A DNA stretch of 10,299 nt, taken from assembly GCA_030064955.1 (NCBI GenBank), contig JASJDW010000142.1, positions 1 through 10,299 on the forward strand. The letters are read 5' to 3'. Source of the DNA: Crocosphaera sp. GTDB taxonomy: Bacteria > Cyanobacteriota > Cyanobacteriia > Cyanobacteriales > Microcystaceae. The position numbers and the translations under genes are program-made. Positions 1-6,266 of the stretch are shown here, piece by piece (position 1 is the first letter of the stretch; every line of letters begins with the position of its first letter). Under the pieces are notes generated by a model that had not been told where the DNA came from, did no database searches, and was given only the letters and a program-made list of their open reading frames with translations.

Positions 1-212
1 CTTTAGCTATTTCATATTACTGTTGCCTTTTCTGAACTCCTGAACTCCCGAACTCCTAACTCCTAAAACTAGAAGAGTTTGTACCGTTCGGCTTTAGCTA
101 TTTCATATTACTGTTGCCTTTTCTGAACTCCTGAACTCCCGAACTCCTAACTCCTAAAACTAGAAGAGTTTGTACCGTTCGGCTTTAGCTATTTCATATT
201 ACTGTTGCCTTT
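1..212. repeat. 91-bp tandem direct repeat, 2 full copies plus a 30-nt partial third copy; may extend beyond the window start
   Basis: Copies start at 1, 92 and 183, and I saw no mismatches. The third copy matches through 212 and then diverges. Each unit holds a heptamer/octamer tract (33-70 and 124-161: GAACTCC TGAACTCC CGAACTCC TAACTCC TAAAACT), which reads as AGGAGTT-type units on the minus strand. Confidence 0.95.
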
Positions 213-1023
213 CCCGTAGGGATATATCTCTGCCTGGATGAGAGTATAACAAAGCCAAATTATCAACTATATTAGCTATTTTAGGATGATTCTCACTAAG
301 TAATTTTTGACTCATGTTTAAAGCTTGTAAATATAAACATTCCGCCTCTTCATATCTTCTTTGATTATGATATAGTGCAGCTAAATTATTGAGGCTATCT
401 GCCACATAAATATGATTTTCTCCTAGTAACTTTTTCTTTAATTCTAAAGCTTGTAAATATAAACATTCTGCTTTTTCAAGTTTTCCCTGGTTATAGTATA
501 ATGAAGCTAAATTATTAAGACTATGGGCAAAATCAAGATTATTTTCTCCTAGTCGTTGTTTTCTCAATTCTAATCCCTGCTCAAATAATTTTTCTGCTTC
601 TTCATACCTTTCCTCATGATAATATAATATAGCTAAATTATTAAGGCTATGAATCACATCAGGATGGTCTTTTTCTAATAATCTTTCTCTCAATTCTAAA
701 GCTTGTTCAAACAAGAATTCTGCTTCTTCATATTTTTCCTGATCATCATAAAGTGAAGCTAAATTATTAGCAATATTACTATAATTCAAGTCAGATGGTC
801 TTTCAAGAATTTCATATAGTTCCAATGCTTTTGAATAATAGACAATAGCTTGTTGTTGTTCTTTTTGATAATTTTCATTTTCTCCTTTTTCCAATTTATG
901 TTTATAAGCATCTCCTAAATTTTTATAAAGTCGAATTAAACTAGGATCGTGATCCCCTTTCTCTGTTTCAACCTGTTTAACCAATATTTGTAAATCATTT
1001 AATGGTAATAAATTCTCACTCAT
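199..1023 (-). CDS. Stand-alone TPR repeat protein (kinesin-light-chain-like TPR_10/TPR_12 type, about six 42-aa repeats), apparently 3'-truncated
   Basis: The 274-aa ORF has a recurring motif, [SN]LNNLAxLYxxQxxYEEAExLxxQALELxxxLLGExH, with a 42-aa (126-nt) period. No other domain is present. The last repeat stops after helix A (NLALLYSHPGR then DISLRERQQ*). Confidence 0.85.
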   Translation of the reverse strand: MSENLLPLNDLQILVKQVETEKGDHDPSLIRLYKNLGDAYKHKLEKGENENYQKEQQQAIVYYSKALELYEILERPSDLNYSNIANNLASLYDDQEKYEEAEFLFEQALELRERLLEKDHPDVIHSLNNLAILYYHEERYEEAEKLFEQGLELRKQRLGENNLDFAHSLNNLASLYYNQGKLEKAECLYLQALELKKKLLGENHIYVADSLNNLAALYHNQRRYEEAECLYLQALNMSQKLLSENHPKIANIVDNLALLYSHPGRDISLRERQQ

Positions 1024-1106
1024 AAGCTACCTGAAATTGTTAGATAGTCTTCAATTTTTTAAGATAAAATAAAATACACAGATAACAACTCCTTAAAAAA
1101 ATAAAA

Positions 1107-1355
1107 ATGGATGCCTTTAGTCCCACACCTCCACCCTGGACAGAAACTGCTGTTCATGGGCTACAATTCTGTTGCCCTCGTTGTCATTCTACTGCGAATA
1201 AAGCCCAAAAAGCTTGGATCAATCGACAGGCCCCCGTTATAACTGAAGACTATGGCCGCCGATGGCAAGAATTTTATTTGTGTGAATGTGAACAAGCATG
1301 GTGGGCCTGGAGTAGCGATCGCCCCCCTTCTGATCTCAACAGCAACAAAGGATAG
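1107..1355 (+). CDS. Small four-Cys (CCxxC ... CxC) zinc-ribbon-like hypothetical protein, 82 aa
   Basis: The ORF is intact and visibly more GC-rich than its neighbours. It has Cys pairs CCPRC and CEC about 35 residues apart, a Trp-rich C-terminal part (WWAWSSDRPP) and an internal HIP1 site. I believe it resembles a conserved cyanobacterial small protein but cannot name a family. Confidence 0.6.
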   Translation: MDAFSPTPPPWTETAVHGLQFCCPRCHSTANKAQKAWINRQAPVITEDYGRRWQEFYLCECEQAWWAWSSDRPPSDLNSNKG

Positions 1356-1520
1356 AATAAAGATTGACACTCCCACCGTTAAGCTATCGCTGTAACGGGG
1401 GATTCTTTGTTCACAGAGGCTACTTGCTTAGACAGGATTTCTCCTATCGTAGTAGAGGTATCCTCTCCCAAAGCGTTTAGACTATCTTGTAGCCAGGTTC
1501 CTGAGTGACCCACAGTACCT
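1346..1520 (-). ncRNA. Predicted TnpB omega (right-end) RNA: a scaffold overlapping the 3' end of tnpB plus a flank-derived guide. Extent is a guess.
   Basis: Placed by analogy with characterised TnpB systems, where the guide RNA is read from the tnpB 3' end through the right end into flanking DNA. A bulged 10-bp hairpin (1371-1401) straddles the tnpB stop codon. There is no direct sequence proof of transcription. Confidence 0.3.
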
Positions 1521-2605
1521 AATCCGAGTTTTAAGATGTTGCGTGCAGCATTTTCATCACGATCTAACTGAGATCCACAAGCACAAATATGAGTCCTTGT
1601 TGAGAGAGATTTCTTGACTTTTTCTCCGCAATTAGAACAGTTTTGAGAAGTGAATTGAGGAGGGACAGCAATTGTTATCTTGCTGTGTTTTTCTCCCAAA
1701 TATTCAAGCCAAAGACGAAACTGATACCAGGCAGCATCATTAATTGATTTAGCTAAACAATGATTTTTAACTAAGTTCTTAATCCTTAAGTCTTCGTATG
1801 CTATCACATCGTTAGAGTGAATTACGCACCTTGCTAACTTCACAGCAAAGTCTTTACGTTGTCTACTTATTTTAAGGTGAGCTTTAGCTAATCTAGCCCG
1901 CGCTTTTCTTTGATTAGAAGACCCTTTCTTTTTTCTAGATAGTCTTCTTTGAAGTCTTTTAAGTTTCTTCTCTCCTTTTCTTAAGAATCTAGGGTTATCA
2001 ATTTTCTGTCCATTCTGGTCAGTGTAGAAGGACTGTAACCCAACATCTAAACCGACTACACTGTTAGCTGGTTCAGTATCTATTTTCACGTCAACAGAGA
2101 GAATGAACTGACAATAGTAGCCATCAGCCCTCCGAATTAGCCTTACCCTTTTAATTGATTCAATGGGGTAAAAGTTTAAATCGTAAGTCCCTACAAGTCT
2201 TACTTTACCAATGTTATTCTTATCTGTAAAAGTAATCGCTTTTCTGGTAGTTAGGTCGAGTTTCCAGCCAGTGGTTTTGTACTCCACAGAACGGCAATTC
2301 TTTTTAAACTTCGGGAAACCCTTTTTCCCAGGAATCTTGCGTTTACAGTTGTCGTAAAAACGAGATATAGCTGACCACGCTCTTTCGGCACTAGATTGCC
2401 TAGCTTGTGAGTTTAGCTGGTTAGCAAAGTCAAAATCATGGGCTAATACACGACAATATTTATTAAGGTCATACTTATTCACTTTTTCATGATCCATCCA
2501 AAAACGCAAGCATTTATTCTGGACAAACTGAGCCGTACGTATGGTCTCATCTATAGCTGTGTATTGATGCTTTTTAGCTCTAACTTTGAACTCTAAAACT
2601 AACAT
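1379..2605 (-). CDS. tnpB: TnpB (OrfB) RNA-guided nuclease / IS605-family accessory protein, 408 aa
   Basis: All RuvC-like motifs are present: VGLDVGLQ (Asp), IAYEDLRIKN (Glu), DRDENAARNI (Asp). The zinc finger CSNCG...HICACG is also present. The N-terminal MLVLEFKVRAK...QYxxIDExIRTAQFVxNKCLRFW is typical of cyanobacterial OrfB proteins. Confidence 0.93.
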   Translation of the reverse strand: MLVLEFKVRAKKHQYTAIDETIRTAQFVQNKCLRFWMDHEKVNKYDLNKYCRVLAHDFDFANQLNSQARQSSAERAWSAISRFYDNCKRKIPGKKGFPKFKKNCRSVEYKTTGWKLDLTTRKAITFTDKNNIGKVRLVGTYDLNFYPIESIKRVRLIRRADGYYCQFILSVDVKIDTEPANSVVGLDVGLQSFYTDQNGQKIDNPRFLRKGEKKLKRLQRRLSRKKKGSSNQRKARARLAKAHLKISRQRKDFAVKLARCVIHSNDVIAYEDLRIKNLVKNHCLAKSINDAAWYQFRLWLEYLGEKHSKITIAVPPQFTSQNCSNCGEKVKKSLSTRTHICACGSQLDRDENAARNILKLGLGTVGHSGTWLQDSLNALGEDTSTTIGEILSKQVASVNKESPVTAIA

Positions 2606-2667
2606 TTATGCTAACCTTACTAGCCTAAATATGAGTTTAGCACAAGTTTTCTGGTCTGAGCCAAAAA

Positions 2668-2708
2668 GCGGATGCGACCCAACCGCCGTAAGACGGCGGT
2701 AGGATGCG
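2668..2708. repeat. Perfect 7-bp hairpin flanked by a direct repeat, in the tnpB 5' leader inside the IS
   Basis: CCGCCGT-aag-ACGGCGG lies at 2683-2699. It is flanked by GGATGCG at 2670-2676 and 2702-2708. Function is unknown. Confidence 0.6.
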
Positions 2709-2757
2709 CGCACCAAGAAGTTGCTAAAATATGGTTGCTACGCAGTTAATATATTTG

Positions 2758-2811
2758 GTCGGGGTTTCATCCCACCGCTAACGTTCGTGTAACCGGGGTC
2801 TTCACCCCGAC
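2758..2811 (-). repeat. Left-end structured region of the IS (nested inverted repeats)
   Basis: GTCGGGG (2758-2764) pairs with CCCCGAC (2805-2811). An inner perfect hairpin is CGGGGT-cttc-ACCCCG (2794-2809). The region encloses the block shared with the right end (2770-2798). Confidence 0.75.
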
Positions 2812-2835
2812 ATTTCAAGATAAATAATTGAATCA

Positions 2836-5628
2836 ATGCGCTGTTTAAACTGCCACTTGGATAACCTTCCCGAAACTACCCAAACCTGTCCCAATTGTGG
2901 GGCGCAAGTTGTCGCTTTGTTACAAGAAGTGTTACCCCAAGGCACCCAACTGCGATCGCAGACATATTGTCTTGAAGATGCTATGGGGAAAGGCAGTTTT
3001 GGCATTACCTATCGCGCCCATCATACCGCATTAAAGAATCCTGTCGCCATTAAAGAGTTTTATCCCATTGAGTACGTATCTCGAAATATTGAAACCAAAC
3101 TATTAATTATTCCCGAAAAACATCGAGACGCATACAAAAGAAACTTATATCGTTTTTTAGAAGAAGGACAAATATTAGCTAAGCTGAATCATCCCAATGT
3201 AGTTAAAGTTAGGGATTTATTTGAAGAACGAGACACCGCTTACATTGTTATGGAGTTGGTACAAGGAAAAACTTTATTACAAGAATTAGAAAATCAGCCC
3301 AACAAAAAACTAACTCTCGACAGAATAGAAAATTTAATTGGACAATTAGTTAATGCGTTAACTGCCATTCATGAAGCAGGGATTTATCATCTAGATTTGA
3401 AACCCGAAAATATACTCTTAACCCCCAATGATCAATTGATTCTAATTGATTTTGGAGCAGCCACATTAGCCGATGATGCTAAACGAAAAAAGACCCGTTC
3501 TTTTACCGAATGTTATGCAGCCCCAGAAATTATGTCAGGGGGAGAAGTTGGCCCTGAAAGTGATCTATTTGAAGTAGGGATGATTCTTCATGAACTATTA
3601 ACAGGAACCTTGCCACCTCCAGCTATGAAGCGTGTTCTAGAAACCGATATTTGGCAGCCTCAAGGGTTAGAGCATCCTTGGGATATGTTAATCGTTGATG
3701 CGTTAAGAATTCAAAGAATCTATCGCAGTTCCACTGTAGAACAATGGTGGGAACTAAGAAAACAAAAACAAGGAAATAGTATCAACCTTGAACAAAAAAG
3801 CGTTGAAAATTTACAAGGAAAATTTACGCTGCCCTTATTACAACAACAAGGCATGACTCAAAAACTAGGGCGAGGTTGTATTAAAACAGTGATTCCGATT
3901 AATCAAATTCAAGTCTTAGTTTTAGAAGCGGGGGGCGCATCTTTATTCGATGTAAATACTGGTATTATTCCTTGGGAAATTGATTGTCCTACCTCCTGTG
4001 GAGCCATCAGCAAAAATCAAAAAATACTAGCTTTAGTTTGGCAAAAAAATATCTATTTATGGGATTTAACTCAAGGGAAATTTTTGCGACAATTACAAGG
4101 TCATTCAAAAAAAATAACTGACCTAGCGTTTAATCAAGATGGCTCTTTATTACTCTCAGGAAGCCTTGATGAAACCTTAATTATCTGGGACATTCAAACA
4201 GGCAGAAAACGTCACGAACTATCTGAACCGATGGGACGCATCACTGCCGTTGCTTTTAGCGAAGATAGTCAATTTGTTGCCTCTGGTTGCCATAGCGGAA
4301 TTGTGAGAATTTGGGGAGCTATTTCCGGTCAAGAATGGCGATGTTTAGAAGGACACCAAATGGCAGTAGAAACCTTAATTTTTAGCCCAGATAGCAAAGT
4401 ATTAGCCTCTGGCGGACAGGATCAAATCATTCATTTATGGGACGTTACTTCAGGGAAATTGCAACAAGTATTAGAAGGCCATCAAGACTGGATAACAGCA
4501 TTAAATTTTGATAAAACAGCAAGTTATTTAGCCTCTGCATCAGCAATTAATGATAAAACCATTCGTATTTGGTCTGTTGCACAAGGACAACCCACCCAAC
4601 AACTACAGGGTCACAGTAACACCATCCAAGCGATCGCTTTTTGTCCCGATGATCGTTATTTGGTCTCAGCAGCATTAGACAACACTATCCGTCTCTGGGA
4701 CAGAGAAACTGGAAAGGCGATCAAACAACTACAACAACATACCAATTGGGTGTATAGTGTGGCTTGTAGTGGGGACGGTCGTTGGGTGGCGATCGGATAC
4801 AGCGATTGGACGGTACATCTTTGGGATATCATTGAACAACGGGAAGTTAGTTGTCTTGAAGGTCATGAAAGTGCTGTTTCTAGTGTGGCCTTTTGTCCTG
4901 ATAATCAACATCTTATCTCTGGGAGTTGGGATGGAACCCTAAGAGTCTGGGATATTCACACAGGAAAATGTAAACGCATTTTACAGGGTCATCAACACTG
5001 GGTTAGTTGTGTTGCGGTGAGTTCTAATGGTCAATGGGTTGCGTCTGGAAGTTGGGATAAAACTGTTTGTCTTTGGGAGACTACTAATAGTTGGCACCAG
5101 TTTAAAATCAGTAAACCTACTCGTATTTTACAGGGTCATTTAGAAGATATTGAAGGGGTTGCTTTTAGTCCTGATAGTCAATTAATTGCTAGTTCTGGTA
5201 ATGATAAAACCATTAAAATATGGGAAGTTGTATCCGGTCAACAGGTTCAACAATTAGAGGGTCATAAATATAGTGTAGAGGATTTGGTTTTTAGTCCCGA
5301 TGGTCAATTTATTGCTTCAGTTAGTCGAGATAAAACTGTTAGAGTTTGGCACGTTATTTCTGGTAAAGAAATTCATCGATTTCAAGGCCATACCAATTAT
5401 GTTAAATGTGTGGCGTTTAGTTTGGAAGGTCGGTATTTGGCCTCAGGGGGAAAAGATCAAATGATTGCCATTTGGGATTTAATTTCAGGCGAATTAACTC
5501 AATTAATTCAAGGTCATACCAATTGTATTAATAGTATTGCTTTTACTGGGGATGGTTCTTTTTTAGTGTCTGGAGATAATGATGGAGTGGTTCGGTTATG
5601 GAAATTACAGTTAGGAAGCGAGGGTTAG
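2836..5628 (+). CDS. Multidomain Hanks-type Ser/Thr protein kinase: N-terminal CxxC-x11-CxxC zinc ribbon, kinase domain, C-terminal WD40 array (12 clear plus 2 degenerate blades)
   Basis: Kinase motifs seen: G-loop GKGSFGITY, VAIKE Lys, catalytic loop HLDLKPEN (3388-3411), DFG (3448-3456), APE. These are followed by repeated GH-x(23-30)-WD units from about aa 345 to the C-terminus. Confidence 0.93.
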   Translation: MRCLNCHLDNLPETTQTCPNCGAQVVALLQEVLPQGTQLRSQTYCLEDAMGKGSFGITYRAHHTALKNPVAIKEFYPIEYVSRNIETKLLIIPEKHRDAYKRNLYRFLEEGQILAKLNHPNVVKVRDLFEERDTAYIVMELVQGKTLLQELENQPNKKLTLDRIENLIGQLVNALTAIHEAGIYHLDLKPENILLTPNDQLILIDFGAATLADDAKRKKTRSFTECYAAPEIMSGGEVGPESDLFEVGMILHELLTGTLPPPAMKRVLETDIWQPQGLEHPWDMLIVDALRIQRIYRSSTVEQWWELRKQKQGNSINLEQKSVENLQGKFTLPLLQQQGMTQKLGRGCIKTVIPINQIQVLVLEAGGASLFDVNTGIIPWEIDCPTSCGAISKNQKILALVWQKNIYLWDLTQGKFLRQLQGHSKKITDLAFNQDGSLLLSGSLDETLIIWDIQTGRKRHELSEPMGRITAVAFSEDSQFVASGCHSGIVRIWGAISGQEWRCLEGHQMAVETLIFSPDSKVLASGGQDQIIHLWDVTSGKLQQVLEGHQDWITALNFDKTASYLASASAINDKTIRIWSVAQGQPTQQLQGHSNTIQAIAFCPDDRYLVSAALDNTIRLWDRETGKAIKQLQQHTNWVYSVACSGDGRWVAIGYSDWTVHLWDIIEQREVSCLEGHESAVSSVAFCPDNQHLISGSWDGTLRVWDIHTGKCKRILQGHQHWVSCVAVSSNGQWVASGSWDKTVCLWETTNSWHQFKISKPTRILQGHLEDIEGVAFSPDSQLIASSGNDKTIKIWEVVSGQQVQQLEGHKYSVEDLVFSPDGQFIASVSRDKTVRVWHVISGKEIHRFQGHTNYVKCVAFSLEGRYLASGGKDQMIAIWDLISGELTQLIQGHTNCINSIAFTGDGSFLVSGDNDGVVRLWKLQLGSEG

Positions 5629-5683
5629 GAGTCAGGAGTTCCACAGCGAAGCTCCGGCTAAGCGCGAACAGGAGTCAGGAGTT
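5627..5683 (+). repeat. STRR-like element: two copies of AGGAGTCAGGAGTT flanking a 29-nt GC-rich core
   Basis: AGGAGTCAGGAGTT occurs at 5627-5640, overlapping the last two bases of the kinase stop codon TAG (5626-5628), and again at 5670-5683. The core is CCACAGCGAAGCTCCGGCTAAGCGCGAAC. Confidence 0.85.
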
Positions 5684-5715
5684 ATAATAAGTTGGATAGT
5701 AAAGAGTGAACTATT

Positions 5716-6141
5716 ATGGAACCTTTTACCACTGCAAAAATTCTGGAGTTTGTGGTAGGTGCAGTGATTACAATGGGGGTAGAAAATCTTCCAACTGCCA
5801 CTAAAAAACTCTGGCAAACTATTCGTAACCGTCTGCAAAATCAACCCGTTGCACAAGTAGCGATCGCAGAAATTGAGGAAAATAACTCGCCAGATCAAAT
5901 TCCCAAATTGGCCCCTTTCTTGGAGGTGGAAATGCTGTCTGATGAGACGTTTGAACAACAGGTGCAGCAGTTAGCAAAAGAAGCTATTGAGCAAGATAAA
6001 GAAACAATTAATATTTATGTTGCTAAAGCTGAAAAAAGTACAGTTGTTGGGAAGCAAGAAGCAGAAAATCTAAACAATTATAATGCAGAAACAATTAGTA
6101 ATATTGGCACACAGAATGTTATTAACGTAAAAAAGGAATAG
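5716..6141 (+). CDS. Hypothetical 141-aa protein with a hydrophobic N-terminal helix and an acidic/Gln-rich helical remainder; probably the N-terminal module of the downstream STAND protein
   Basis: The ORF starts MEPFTTAKILEFVVGAVITMGVENL. It ends two codons after an A_AAA_AAG heptamer. The -1 frame is open from there into the NB-ARC ORF. Confidence 0.6.
   Translation: MEPFTTAKILEFVVGAVITMGVENLPTATKKLWQTIRNRLQNQPVAQVAIAEIEENNSPDQIPKLAPFLEVEMLSDETFEQQVQQLAKEAIEQDKETINIYVAKAEKSTVVGKQEAENLNNYNAETISNIGTQNVINVKKE
6129..6135 (+). promoter_or_regulatory. Candidate -1 programmed ribosomal frameshift slippery site A_AAA_AAG (alternatively the site of a 1-nt homopolymer indel)
   Basis: In the 5716 frame the codons are GTA AAA AAG GAA TAG. 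A -1 slip continues GGA ATA GGG ... in the frame of ORF 6267..9008. I could not find an obvious downstream stimulatory stem-loop or an upstream SD-like element. Confidence 0.4.
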
Positions 6142-6266
6142 GGGAAAATGATGTACAACGACTCATAGAATTTTGGCAAGAAAAACCTGATAGGAAAGCG
6201 ACCTTAGCATCAAGTTTAATTACATCGCCTCCTGTTGTTAAACCTTGGGTAGATAGGTTAGAAGAA

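Larger units (their letters stand above)
1364..2811 (-). mobile_element. IS200/IS605-family element of the tnpB-only (IS1341-like) type, with no tnpA; boundaries approximate
   Basis: It contains an intact tnpB. Related subterminal imperfect palindromes lie in the same orientation at both ends: 1371-1401 TCCCACCGTTAAGCTATCGCTGTAACGGGGG versus 2770-2798 TCCCACCGCTAACGTTCGTGTAACCGGGG. The flanking genes limit the element to 1356-2835. A TCAA on the tnpB-sense strand (plus 1364-1367), 3 nt outside the right-end hairpin foot, recalls the IS608 right-end cleavage site. Confidence 0.7.

Noticed and set aside
1-212. Possible CRISPR array
   Set aside because: The 91-bp units abut directly with no unique spacers, and the unit is far longer than a CRISPR repeat. 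This is a plain tandem duplication.
1161-1376. 71-aa minus-strand ORF antisense to the small Cys protein
   Set aside because: It lies entirely within or antisense to a GC-rich ORF that has a coherent Cys-motif protein. Its own translation is low-complexity and featureless, and it would run into the IS right end. Most likely a shadow ORF.
2683-2699. Perfect hairpin CCGCCGT-aag-ACGGCGG as a Rho-independent terminator
   Set aside because: It is not followed by a T-tract on either strand, and it lies in the tnpB 5' leader inside the IS. More likely it is part of the element's own structure.
2802-3005. 67-aa minus-strand ORF overlapping the kinase 5' end and the IS left end
   Set aside because: It is antisense to a strongly supported kinase N-terminus and extends into the IS left-end region (through 2811). 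It has no recognisable motifs.
4729-4942. Two roughly 60-aa ORFs (4729..4911 minus, 4757..4942 plus) inside the WD40 region
   Set aside because: They are off-frame or antisense shadows inside a continuous, well-supported WD40 reading frame.
3868-5625. WD40 region as a recently amplified DNA tandem repeat like the TPR array
   Set aside because: The blades are recognisable at protein level but diverged at nucleotide level, with variable unit lengths. There is no sign of recent homogenisation.
5632-5958. 108-aa minus-strand ORF overlapping the STRR-like element and ORF 5716..6141
   Set aside because: The translation looks random (Cys/His/Phe-rich, no motifs). It runs through an intergenic repeat, and the plus-strand ORF is supported by its frame link to the NB-ARC gene.
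6136-6220. Searched for a stimulatory stem-loop or pseudoknot downstream of the slippery heptamer, and for an SD-like element upstream
   Set aside because: By eye I found only weak A/T pairings (AAAAT/ATTTT) and no AGGAGG-like element within about 15 nt upstream. The recoding hypothesis therefore rests on the heptamer, its phase and the ORF geometry only. A homopolymer indel remains equally plausible.
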